From Rhizobium sp. (GTDB lineage Bacteria; Pseudomonadota; Alphaproteobacteria; Rhizobiales; Rhizobiaceae): DNA of 64,000 bases. A program made the translations under genes and the position numbers. The notes under the pieces are model-generated. The model was not told the origin of the DNA and did not search any database. It saw nothing but the letters and a program-made list of their open reading frames with translations. The DNA lies in the NCBI GenBank assembly GCA_036398815.1, contig DASWOH010000157.1, positions 7,072-71,071 on the forward strand, given 5' to 3'. Shown one piece after another: positions 28,558 to 37,866 of this stretch. The stretch's first letter is position 1; every line of letters starts with the position of its first letter.

Positions 28558-29265
28558 TTGAATAAGAATGATAATCGCGCAGCCATGGTGGTGCCGGCCC
28601 GCGCGCCAACCCGGTCGGGTGAGTTGCGTGAGCAGCTGGAGCAGATGATCCTCGACGGCAGCTTGCCGCCCGGCGAGCGCCTTGACGAAATGGACCTTGC
28701 CCGCCGGTTCGGGCTTTCGCGGACACCCGTGCGCGAAGCAATCAAGTCGCTGCTCGCGATCGGCCTTGTCGAGACACGCGGGCGCCAGGGCACCCATGTC
28801 ACCATACTCTCCATTCCGGCTCTGATCGAAATGTTCGATGTCATGGCCTCGCTCGAAGGCCTCTGTGCAAAACTCGCGGCACGGCGCGCCATGCTCGCCG
28901 AGAGGGCGGCAATGCGCAAAGTCCATGCCGATCTCGTCAAGGCCTACGAGGTCGGAGATCCCGTAGCCTTCTACAAGGTCAACCAGGAATTCCACGATCT
29001 GCTATATGCCGCCGCGCACACGCATTTCATCGCCGATCAGGCGATCCAGCTACGCCGGCGCATCGGCGCTTATCGTCTGCGCGCGACCTATCAGCCAGGC
29101 CGAATGCTCAGTACATTGAGCGAACACGTCCGCATCATGGACGCGATCGATGCCGGCGATCCAGAAGCCGCGCAAAGGGCAGCGAGCGAGCACGTGCAGT
29201 TGCTGGGTGACCAGTTGACCGATTTTATCTCATCTTTACCGCCCAGCATGGCTCGGGCGCAATAA
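28558..29265 (+). CDS. GntR-family (FadR/FCD) transcriptional regulator
   Basis: GERLDEMDLARRFGLSRTPVREA; FCD motifs NQEFH, EH..I, H. Confidence 0.93.
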   Translation: MNKNDNRAAMVVPARAPTRSGELREQLEQMILDGSLPPGERLDEMDLARRFGLSRTPVREAIKSLLAIGLVETRGRQGTHVTILSIPALIEMFDVMASLEGLCAKLAARRAMLAERAAMRKVHADLVKAYEVGDPVAFYKVNQEFHDLLYAAAHTHFIADQAIQLRRRIGAYRLRATYQPGRMLSTLSEHVRIMDAIDAGDPEAAQRAASEHVQLLGDQLTDFISSLPPSMARAQ

Positions 29266-29381
29266 GGTTCAACTCTTCACAATTCACATCAACGCAACAT
29301 GTCAAGCTCTATGTCCGTTGCGCAGATTTTGTCCACATTCGTGAGGAGTCTAGCCAGAAGCCATGACGGTGGCGTCGCCGT

Positions 29382-29630
29382 CTGTGATTACCGCCCGTTT
29401 GCAAGAAGTTTCTGAGCTTTTGAACATCTGATCGAGTGCGGTCTTCTGTCAGGCATTTTCGATTTGCGGTACTTTCAGAAGCCGCGGGCCGGTATGGTGA
29501 TCTGCGGAACGGAGCCAAATCTGAACAGCGAGCTCTTCGCTCGTTCCTTTTTCTTGGCTTTCCCACTCCATATCCGTTCGATCATTGCGCCCATTCAGGT
29601 CTACTTCAACCCGCCGCAGCACATCCCCCC
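29382..29630 (-). mobile_element. Orphan IS1111-group right-end non-coding region (no transposase)
   Basis: Minus strand ...ATTTGGCTCCGTTCCGCAGATCACCATACCGGCCCGCGGC...GCCTGACAGAAGACCGCACTCGATCA...GGGCGGTAATCACAG is colinear with the NCR at 3702-3957. Confidence 0.65.
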
Positions 29631-29701
29631 GCGGCGTAGAAAAGGCCGAAAACCACTTACGGATCGGTCCCAAACCGTTCAGACAAACCGAGCCATCTCT
29701 G

Positions 29702-30811
29702 TCAGGCCGTCAACAAGGTGGCAAGTGCTTGCAGGAAATGATCGTTTTCGCCAACGGAGCCGATACTGGTGCGGATGAAGCTCTCGTAACCCTTCTGTTT
29801 CCAGGGTTTCACGATAACGCCGTCGGACAGGAGCTGTTCGGCGAAATTGATCGCATTGGCACCGCAGTCGAAAAACAAGAAATTGCCTTTCGATGGTGCG
29901 ACTTTGAGGTTGAGAACACTTAGCCGATCCGCTACGCGCTTGCGTTCGCCTAGTGCCAGCTCGACTGTCCGCCTTAGGTGGTCCCTGTCCGCAAGTGCTG
30001 CAATCGCGGCATGCTGGGCGATAGCGTTGGTGTTGAACGGCGTGCGTACCCGATCGAAGAAGTCGCAGAGTTCGGCGTTGGACGTAATGCCGAAGCCAAT
30101 TCTCAGGCCGGCAAGGCCAAAAGCTTTTGAAAAGGTCCTCAGGACAACCCAATTCCTGTCTGTTCCTGCAAGCATTTCGGCTGCTGAGGGATAATCGTCG
30201 CCATACGCGTATTCGGCGTAGGCTTCATCCACGACCAGCAGCGTCTCACTATCCAGCGCGTCGATGAAATCAGTGAACTCAGTGGGATTGAGCCAGGAGC
30301 CGACCGGGTTCATCGGATTGGCGAACATGATCATCCGGGGTTTGCGCTTTGCCGCTTCGATCAGGCCTGGCACATCGATAGTCAGGTCTTGCAGGACCTC
30401 AATACGTTCCACCTTGCCGCCCATGAGTGCAGCATAGTCTTCATGCAGCGGAAACGACGGATAGAGGGTTGTCACCGTGTCTCCGGGCCTTACGACAGCA
30501 CGGCATATCACGCCGATCAGGTCTTCGGAGCCATTTCCGAGAATGACTTGCGTGGCTGTGACGCTGAACTCTCTGGCGATGGCTTCGCACAGTTCTCGGC
30601 CCTTCGGATCAGGATATAGCCGCACCAGATCATGCAGCCCTCCTTCAAACCTGAGAGAGCCGTCTGGGGCTCCGAGAGGGTTCTCGTTCGAGCCAAGCTT
30701 CGAAATCGACTTCGGCTGATAGCGCTGGCGCACCTCGTCCAGCGTGAGCCCCGCATTGTACGGCGGTATGCCAACGACCTCTTCACGAATCAGCTTTCGC
30801 GTATCAGACAT
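29702..30811 (-). CDS. hisC: Histidinol-phosphate aminotransferase family protein (HisC paralog)
   Basis: KLGSNENPLG, YPDP, GNGSEDLI, NPMNPVG, DEAY, RTFSKAFGLAGLRIG. Confidence 0.88.
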   Translation of the reverse strand: MSDTRKLIREEVVGIPPYNAGLTLDEVRQRYQPKSISKLGSNENPLGAPDGSLRFEGGLHDLVRLYPDPKGRELCEAIAREFSVTATQVILGNGSEDLIGVICRAVVRPGDTVTTLYPSFPLHEDYAALMGGKVERIEVLQDLTIDVPGLIEAAKRKPRMIMFANPMNPVGSWLNPTEFTDFIDALDSETLLVVDEAYAEYAYGDDYPSAAEMLAGTDRNWVVLRTFSKAFGLAGLRIGFGITSNAELCDFFDRVRTPFNTNAIAQHAAIAALADRDHLRRTVELALGERKRVADRLSVLNLKVAPSKGNFLFFDCGANAINFAEQLLSDGVIVKPWKQKGYESFIRTSIGSVGENDHFLQALATLLTA

Positions 30812-30872
30812 TTCTATCTCCCGGTTGGAACGCCACGCAGACCATAGGAGCAAATTTTCGACCTGTCGACAT

Positions 30873-30884
30873 ATGTATAGACAT
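30873..30884. promoter_or_regulatory. HutC-type operator
   Basis: Near-palindrome ATGTATAGACAT in the divergent hisC/SDR intergenic region; resembles HutC TGTA-N-ACA operators. Confidence 0.7.
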
Positions 30885-30931
30885 AAAATGGAAAAGCTGG
30901 TTCTATTCACGGAACGCGATAGGAGATCAGG

Positions 30932-31702
30932 ATGGCAGGTAATATCTTTAGCCTTGACGGTCGGGTTGCAGTCGTCACAGGCGCGAGCCGGGGACTAGGT
31001 CAAGCGATCGCGCTTGCCCTAGCTGACGCGGGAGCCGATCTTTGCATCACCGCGCGCGACGAAGGGTCGCTTGCCGAGACCCGGGGTCGGATCGAAGAAC
31101 GTGGACGAAAATGCTTCGCGGCGGCACAGGACGTCAACGATGTGCCCTCCATTGAACGCGTCCTCGATCAATTTGCGGCTTCAGCGGGCCGTATCGACAT
31201 TCTTGTCAACAATGCCGGAATGGAGCAGGTCGCGCCTTCGCTCGATGTCGACGAGAAACTCTGGGACCAGATCGTTGGAACCAACCTGAAAGGCGCATTT
31301 TTCTGGGCTCAAGCGGCTGCGAAGCGGATGTCAACGCAGCCCCAGGGCGGCAACATCGTCAACCTGTGCTCCCTTACCTCTTTTGTCGGCATCCCCACCG
31401 CTGTCCCATACGGGTCGTCGAAATCCGGCCTGCTCGGGATGACAAGAGCGCTCGCGGTCGAGTGGTCCGCTTCGGGGATACGCGTCAATGCCATAGCTCC
31501 CGGATATTTCCGCACGGCGATGACCGAAGGCTTTTACGAAGATGGCGCGTGGCAGTCTCGGATGCTGGAAAAAATTCCGCAAAGGCGATTTGGAGACGCG
31601 TCGGACATCGGTGGCGCGGTCGTGTTCCTCGTTAGCGACGCTGCGGGCTACATCACCGGTCATTGCCTTCCTGTTGATGGCGGTTTTTTGGCCTCCATCT
31701 AA
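30932..31702 (+). CDS. SDR-family oxidoreductase (KduD/gluconate 5-dehydrogenase-like)
   Basis: TGASRGLG, NNAG, YGSSK, NAIAPGYF, VDGG. Confidence 0.92.
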   Translation: MAGNIFSLDGRVAVVTGASRGLGQAIALALADAGADLCITARDEGSLAETRGRIEERGRKCFAAAQDVNDVPSIERVLDQFAASAGRIDILVNNAGMEQVAPSLDVDEKLWDQIVGTNLKGAFFWAQAAAKRMSTQPQGGNIVNLCSLTSFVGIPTAVPYGSSKSGLLGMTRALAVEWSASGIRVNAIAPGYFRTAMTEGFYEDGAWQSRMLEKIPQRRFGDASDIGGAVVFLVSDAAGYITGHCLPVDGGFLASI

Positions 31703-31749
31703 GAAATGGGCAAACACCATAAAAAACATTTGATGGTGCATGCATGCAC

Positions 31750-31761
31750 ATGTATGTACAT
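31750..31761. promoter_or_regulatory. HutC-type operator
   Basis: ATGTATGTACAT upstream of the hisD-like operon; matches the site at 30873. Confidence 0.65.
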
Positions 31762-32008
31762 CTAAAGACAAGTGATAAAAGTGGAACATCGAGGCCATAG
31801 GCTTCGTTGACCAGGCGTTGCGCACCGCCTGGTCTCGAATACGCGTAAAATCAAACGGGGAGCTTCCCCAATCATGCCGGCACCGATACCTCGGCGGGCA
31901 ATGGGGAACTCTACTCTAATGCGGTTACAGCCTAAGCGATGAGCTTGAGCGACGGCTGTTATCGCTTGCCATTCCGCCTCGTCAACGGCCTTAAAAAGGG
32001 TATGTGTA

Positions 32009-33337
32009 ATGACTGAAGTCTCCTTCTACGAATATTCGAATCTCAGCTCGGAAGAGAAAAACGCCCTTCTCCGCCGTTCGGAAACCGATATTTCGGGCTT
32101 CATCGAAAAAGTCAGGCCGATCCTTGAGGCCGTCCGCACCGAAGGTGATCGCGCCGTCGCACGCTTTGGCCGCGATTTGGACAAGGCCGACATTTCCGAA
32201 GCAACCATAAAGGTGACGGAGGCCGAATTCGACGCAGCTTTCAAGCTCGTCAGCGAAGATGTAATCGATGCCATCAAGTTCGGGATCGAGAATATCCGCG
32301 TCTTCCACGAAGAGCAAAAACCCGAGGCCATGTGGTTGAAGGAAATTCGACCGGGCGCCTTTGCAGGAGATCGCTTCACGCCGATCCAATCAGTGGCATT
32401 GTATGTTCCGCGCGGAAAAGGCTCCTTTCCCTCGGTCACGATGATGACCTCCGTGCCCGCCGTCGTTGCCGGTGTCCCGCATCTGGCCATTGTTACGCCG
32501 CCGGCTCCCGATGGCAGCGTCGATGCAGCAACGCTCGTCGCCGCGCATCTGGCCGGCGTCGATACCGTCTACAAGGTGGGCGGCGCGCAGGCCGTGGCGG
32601 CAGTTGCCTACGGCACCGAGACGATCAAGCCGGCACTCAAGATCGTCGGCCCCGGCAGCCCTTGGGTCGTGGCCGCCAAGCGTAGTCTGGCCGGCGTCAT
32701 CGACACCGGACTACCCGCCGGCCCATCGGAAGCGATGATTTTCGCCGACGATACGGTGCATGGCGGTCTCGCAGCCCTCGATCTCCTGATCGAAGCCGAG
32801 CATGGCCCCGATTCATCGGCCTATCTGGTCACTCACAGCCGCCGAGTCGCCGAAGAAGCCCTCGCCGCCCTGCCGGAACACTGGGCCCGCATGACCGAGC
32901 AGAGAGTGAACTTCTCGAGCACGGTTCTCTCGGGCAAATGCGGCGGCATCGTGCTGACCTCATCGATCGAGGAAAGCTACGCCTTCGTCAACGCCTACGC
33001 CCCCGAGCACCTGGAAATCCTGTCCCGCGACCCGTTTTCGCATCTAGGACACATCACCGAGGCGGCCGAGATCCTGATGGGTCCCTACACGCCCGTGAGC
33101 ATCGGCAATTTCTGCCTGGGCCCGAATGCGGTGCTGCCGACCAGCCGTTGGGCGCGCACATTCGGTCCACTTTCGGTGACCGACTTCGTCAAGCGCAGTT
33201 CGATCGGTTATGTCACGGCGCCAGCCTACCCGCTTTTCGCCGCCAATGCGCACAAGCTGGCGGTTTACGAAGGCTTTTCCTCCCACGCCAACGCCGTTTC
33301 ACCCGTGCGCGATGCCTATCTCAAATTTGGAGACTGA
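32009..33337 (+). CDS. hisD: Histidinol dehydrogenase family protein (HisD paralog with altered active site)
   Basis: ALYVPRG, GGAQAVAA.AYGTE, KIVGPG, PAGPSE, EAEH, APEHL, LPT, EG..H. Confidence 0.88.
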   Translation: MTEVSFYEYSNLSSEEKNALLRRSETDISGFIEKVRPILEAVRTEGDRAVARFGRDLDKADISEATIKVTEAEFDAAFKLVSEDVIDAIKFGIENIRVFHEEQKPEAMWLKEIRPGAFAGDRFTPIQSVALYVPRGKGSFPSVTMMTSVPAVVAGVPHLAIVTPPAPDGSVDAATLVAAHLAGVDTVYKVGGAQAVAAVAYGTETIKPALKIVGPGSPWVVAAKRSLAGVIDTGLPAGPSEAMIFADDTVHGGLAALDLLIEAEHGPDSSAYLVTHSRRVAEEALAALPEHWARMTEQRVNFSSTVLSGKCGGIVLTSSIEESYAFVNAYAPEHLEILSRDPFSHLGHITEAAEILMGPYTPVSIGNFCLGPNAVLPTSRWARTFGPLSVTDFVKRSSIGYVTAPAYPLFAANAHKLAVYEGFSSHANAVSPVRDAYLKFGD

Positions 33338-33340
33338 TCG

Positions 33341-34354
33341 ATGAAGGCAGTGCGTCTTTACGATGCAATGGACTTGCGCGTCGAGGAGGTCGAAAGACCT
33401 TTTCAGCCACCGGCCGGCTTTGTCAACATCGACGTGAGAGCGGCTGGCATCTGCGGCTCGGACCTGCACAATTTCCGCACCGGACAATGGATCTCGCGGC
33501 GCCCGTCGACCGCGGGTCATGAATTCTGTGGCCGAATCTCCGCAATCGGTGACGGCGTGGAAGGGCTTTCGGTCGGCGATACCGTCGCAGCGGACTCTCG
33601 GATCTATTGCGGTACCTGTCCTGCCTGCGCCTCCGGCCGCACGAATGTCTGCGAGAATCTCGGCTTCGTCGGCGAAGTCTGCGACGGCGGCTTCGCCGAA
33701 CAGGTGCAACTGCCCGCCAAGCTCGTCATCCGCCACGAACAGTCTCTGGACCCACAGGTTGCCGTGATGGCCGAGCCGCTGGCTGTCGCCCTGCACGCTA
33801 TTCAGCGGCTGCGCGTCCCGCCGGGTGAACCGGTGCTTCTGATCGGTTGCGGCACGATCGGCGGCCTAAGCGGCCTGCTGTTTTCGCGCCTTCACGATGG
33901 CGACCTGCTGTTTTCCGACCTGAGGGCCGATCGCGCCCGGATGGTTGCCGAGATCTGCGGCGGAGCCGCCATCGATTTGGCGCCGGCCGAGATCGCCGCC
34001 GGGCTGCGGGGAAGACGGCTGCGCTACGCATTGGACGCCACGGGAAGCACCCAGGCGATCGGCCAGGCCATCGACCTGCTATCGGGCGGTGGCGCACTGG
34101 CGCTTGTCGGCATCAGCCACGGACGTCTGGACCTCGATCCCAATATTCTGGTGGAGCGCGAAATAGCGCTGCTCGGCTGCCATGCCTATGAGAACGAACT
34201 GGCGCAAGCCGTTTCCCTGCTGCCGCAGCTGCAAAAGGAACTTCTGGAATTCAGCGATGTTCTGACATCCCTGGACGAGGTGCCAGATGCCTATCAGCGC
34301 CTGCTCGACGGACAAACGAACAAGCTGAAAACCATTGTCCGTATCGCCGAATAG
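33341..34354 (+). CDS. Zn-dependent (MDR) alcohol/polyol dehydrogenase
   Basis: GICGSD, GHE, CGTCPAC...C, GCGTIG. Confidence 0.92.
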   Translation: MKAVRLYDAMDLRVEEVERPFQPPAGFVNIDVRAAGICGSDLHNFRTGQWISRRPSTAGHEFCGRISAIGDGVEGLSVGDTVAADSRIYCGTCPACASGRTNVCENLGFVGEVCDGGFAEQVQLPAKLVIRHEQSLDPQVAVMAEPLAVALHAIQRLRVPPGEPVLLIGCGTIGGLSGLLFSRLHDGDLLFSDLRADRARMVAEICGGAAIDLAPAEIAAGLRGRRLRYALDATGSTQAIGQAIDLLSGGGALALVGISHGRLDLDPNILVEREIALLGCHAYENELAQAVSLLPQLQKELLEFSDVLTSLDEVPDAYQRLLDGQTNKLKTIVRIAE

Positions 34355-34386
34355 AATGCCGCGCGGCGGCGGATTGGTCTTTTGAA

Positions 34387-35142
34387 ATGGAGCTTAAGAA
34401 TTTGAGTGAACTTTCGGACTCGGCATCTCCGCTCTACGAGAAGGTCAAGGATTTCGTGCTCGGCAATATCGGCAGCGGCAAATGGGGGCACAACAGCCGG
34501 CTGCCGTCGGAACACGAGCTGGTCTCCTCGCTCGGCGTATCGCGCATGACCGTCCACCGAGCGCTTCGGGAGCTGACCACGGAAGGCCATCTGCATCGCG
34601 TACAGGGCGTCGGAACTTTTGTCGCGCCGCCAAGGGCGCAGTCGACACTGATCGAAATCAGCAACATCATCACCGAGATCAAGGCGCGCGGCAGCAGGCA
34701 TCGGGCCGAGATGATCCTGCTCGAGCGGATCGAACATCCGGAACCGGAACTGCTTTTGGCATTCGAATTCAGTAAAAGGCAGCCCGTCGACCACTCCCTC
34801 GTCGTCCACTACGAAAACGATGTGCCGGTGCAACTGGAGGAGCGCTACGTCAATACGACGCTGGTCTCCGAGTATCTGGCGCAAGATTTCACGTCGATCG
34901 CCACCTACGAATATCTTCAGCGGTGCACGCCGATGACCGAGGTCGAGCACCTTATCAGCGCGGTGCCGGCGACGGCGGAGCACGCCCGGCTCTTGCACAT
35001 TCGAGAAGGCGACAGCTGCCTCATCCTTTATCGAAAGACCTGGACCGGTCCGATGATCGCCACCGTCAACACATTCACCTATGTCGGCAGCCGCTATTCT
35101 CTCGGTAGCCGATACATGGCCCCCGCCAAAAAGAACGCCTGA
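34387..35142 (+). CDS. hutC: Histidine utilization repressor (GntR/UTRA)
   Basis: LPSEHEL, SRMTVHRALREL, RVQGVGTFVA, HYENDVPVQLEERYVN. Confidence 0.9.
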   Translation: MELKNLSELSDSASPLYEKVKDFVLGNIGSGKWGHNSRLPSEHELVSSLGVSRMTVHRALRELTTEGHLHRVQGVGTFVAPPRAQSTLIEISNIITEIKARGSRHRAEMILLERIEHPEPELLLAFEFSKRQPVDHSLVVHYENDVPVQLEERYVNTTLVSEYLAQDFTSIATYEYLQRCTPMTEVEHLISAVPATAEHARLLHIREGDSCLILYRKTWTGPMIATVNTFTYVGSRYSLGSRYMAPAKKNA

Positions 35143-35183
35143 CAACTGCCGGCCACGTCCATCCCTATCGAAGAGCAGAACAC

Positions 35184-36476
35184 ATGAGCGACAATACCAG
35201 CAGGACAGCGACAATCCGGGATCACGCCAGGAAGCGCGACGGCGTCGCCGAAATGCTGCTCGCTGGCCTGCTCCATGATCTGTTCCAGCTGGACGCCGGC
35301 AACGTGGCGATCAACTACGACCAATACAGCCTGAATTCTCTCAACGGCTTTTTCGACGACGGCGATCAGCACTATTTCTTCAAGTTCCATCAGGAGGAGG
35401 GCGAAGAGGCGATGAGCGGGGAATACTACCGCGCCGACATCATCGCCCGGGCCGGTCTACCGGTCGATCAGCCACTCATGATGTCGACGTTGCCCGGCGA
35501 ACAGATACTCGTTTACAAGCGAAGGTCCGATCCGCGCTTTTCCGACGTGTTGCGTGCCCTGGATGTCGAACATGACGCGCGCGCGGCAGAGCAGGCGATC
35601 GCCGCCGAGGGACGGCTGAACGAGACCGTCCTTTCGGTCTATCTGAAAACCCTACACCCCGTCACACAGGCTGCGGTCGCCAACGAGCCCGTGCACCGGC
35701 TCTTCCATGATCGCCTGATCACCGCACCGGATGCCGTCTATCCCGGCGGGCGCTTTGCAAGCTTCTATGTCGGAAAGAACTTCGCATTTCCCGGTGTCAA
35801 CCTCTCCTGGGAGGCGTTCTCGGCGGCGCACTTCGTGATCGGCGGCGTCGAGTACGAACGGACAATCGGCGAACTTTTCGACGCAGCCTATACCCGGCTG
35901 GCGCCGTCACAACTGGCCGACGGCGGCGGCGTCACGGCCCATGGCGACGCCCATAATGCCAATGTCTGGTACCACCGCCACGACGATCAGGCCGACCTGT
36001 CCTTTTTCGATCCCGCCTTTGCTGGCGAGCATATCCCGACCCTTCTCGCCGAAGTGAAGACGACATTCCACAACATCCTCGCCCATCCCTTTTGGCTCTA
36101 CGACCCCGCCGTCGCCGAGGAAAAGTTCCGGGCAATGGCGCGATATGAGAGTGGCAGGCTCTTTGCCGACTTCGACTGGCACTTGAGCCCGGTTCGCGAA
36201 GCATTGCTTGACGTAAAGGCTGCATCAATGTGGAAACCGCTGCTGCGGGAACTCAAAGCCAAAAACATGCTTCCCGCCGATTGGCGGAATGTCATACGAC
36301 TTGGCCTGTTCCTCTGCCCGACGCTGGTGATGAACCTGCGCGCCGGCGCAAGCACGCACAATCCAACCTCGTCGCTGATCGGCTTTTCCATCGCAGTGAT
36401 GGCGGGCAGCGAGCCTTCGGACGGTAATGACATGATGACCCGCTTCTTTGACATGATCGATCCGGAACGGAACTGA
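35184..36476 (+). CDS. Conserved hypothetical protein with phosphotransferase/kinase-like motifs
   Basis: FFKFH (ATP-binding Lys-like), HGDAHNAN (Brenner motif), FFDPA. Confidence 0.7.
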   Translation: MSDNTSRTATIRDHARKRDGVAEMLLAGLLHDLFQLDAGNVAINYDQYSLNSLNGFFDDGDQHYFFKFHQEEGEEAMSGEYYRADIIARAGLPVDQPLMMSTLPGEQILVYKRRSDPRFSDVLRALDVEHDARAAEQAIAAEGRLNETVLSVYLKTLHPVTQAAVANEPVHRLFHDRLITAPDAVYPGGRFASFYVGKNFAFPGVNLSWEAFSAAHFVIGGVEYERTIGELFDAAYTRLAPSQLADGGGVTAHGDAHNANVWYHRHDDQADLSFFDPAFAGEHIPTLLAEVKTTFHNILAHPFWLYDPAVAEEKFRAMARYESGRLFADFDWHLSPVREALLDVKAASMWKPLLRELKAKNMLPADWRNVIRLGLFLCPTLVMNLRAGASTHNPTSSLIGFSIAVMAGSEPSDGNDMMTRFFDMIDPERN

Positions 36477-36477
36477 C

Positions 36478-37623
36478 ATGACCATCGTCAATATCGATGA
36501 TCTTCGTCTTGCAGCAGGCCGCCGACTGCCGAAGATCTTCTTCGACTACATCGACGGCGGCTCCTTCGCGGAAGAGACCCAGTCGCGCAACCGGACGGAT
36601 TTCGCCTCCCTCCGGCTACGGCAGACTGTTCTCGGTGATCATGCCGAGCCGGACCTGTCGACGGGCTATCTTGGCCGGGAGTACCCCTTGCCCTTCATGT
36701 TCGGCCCGGTGGGTTTCCTGGGGCTCTATGCCCGGGATGGCGAGCAGAAGGCAGCGAAGGCAGCCCACGCCGCCGGCATCCCCTTTGCCTTATCGACATT
36801 TTCGATCGCCTCACTCGCCAACGTCCGGAGCGTGACGTCAGGGCCTCTGCACTTTCAGCTCTACGTCCTCGAAGATCGCTCACTCTGCGACGAGTTTCTC
36901 GCAAGCGCGACTGAAGCGGGTGTCGAGACGCTATACGTCACCGTCGATACCGCCATTACCGCCATTCGTGAGCGTGACGTTCGCAACGGATTTCGATCGC
37001 TCACCCGCGTCACCCCGCGGATGTTCCTGAACCTTGCCAGAAAACCCGGCTGGCTGTTCGATGTCGCCGCGCGCGGCATGCCCGGTGTCAGGGCTGTCGA
37101 ACACCGTCCGGAATTCGGCAAAGGCGCGCTGGAACAGGCGGCCAATCTTTCCCGCGGGATCGACAAGAGATTGTCCTGGAAGGACATCGCCTGGCTCCGT
37201 GAGCGCTGGAACGGTCAGCTCGCCATCAATGGCATCCTCACCCCTGAAGATGCCGTGAAAGCTCAGGAATGCGGAGCGGACGGCGTGCTGATCTCGAACC
37301 ACGGCGGACGGCAGCTCGACGGAGCGATGAGCACGATCGCAGCACTTCCCGGCATCCGCACTGCAGTAGGTCCTGATTTCACATTGATGCTCGACGGTGG
37401 CATCAGAAGGGGTACGGACATTATCAAAGCTATCGGGCAAGGCGCCGACGGTGTGATGCTCGGGCGTGCATACACCTATGGACTTGCCGCCGACGGCCAA
37501 AAGGGCGCTGCCAAGGCAATTTCGATACTCGCGCGCGAAATTTCGATCAGCATGAGCTTGATGGGTGTCAGCTCAATAGCAGAGCTGAAACAAAGAGGAG
37601 CGGAGTTCGTGTTCAAAGAATGA
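36478..37623 (+). CDS. FMN-dependent alpha-hydroxy-acid dehydrogenase (LldD-like)
   Basis: DYIDGG, FQLY, TVD, RERD, SNHGGRQLD, DGGIRRG, LGR; conserved KG is NG. Confidence 0.92.
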   Translation: MTIVNIDDLRLAAGRRLPKIFFDYIDGGSFAEETQSRNRTDFASLRLRQTVLGDHAEPDLSTGYLGREYPLPFMFGPVGFLGLYARDGEQKAAKAAHAAGIPFALSTFSIASLANVRSVTSGPLHFQLYVLEDRSLCDEFLASATEAGVETLYVTVDTAITAIRERDVRNGFRSLTRVTPRMFLNLARKPGWLFDVAARGMPGVRAVEHRPEFGKGALEQAANLSRGIDKRLSWKDIAWLRERWNGQLAINGILTPEDAVKAQECGADGVLISNHGGRQLDGAMSTIAALPGIRTAVGPDFTLMLDGGIRRGTDIIKAIGQGADGVMLGRAYTYGLAADGQKGAAKAISILAREISISMSLMGVSSIAELKQRGAEFVFKE

Positions 37624-37866
37624 GATATCCATCGAGCCTATCGCGCAACAACCGTGCGATTGAAAGATAGAAGGTGTTTCCATCACTTCCGTCTGCTTTC
37701 GCGTCTGTTGCGAGCGTGCCGTGAAGAGTTTGCAACGTCTAGGGAAAATACAGCGAACATATACGTGTCCGGAAATCTTCTTCATGCCCGGATGCAATAA
37801 AAAGAAGCGAATGAAGTTGCTGCTTACGCAGTCCAGCCAACGTTAATCGTCAGAAAAGGGGTTCCC

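Noticed and set aside
29702-33337. hisC/hisD as part of the housekeeping histidine biosynthesis operon
   Set aside because: No hisG, B, H, A, F or I nearby; HutC operators and altered HisD ligands point to a paralogous pathway.
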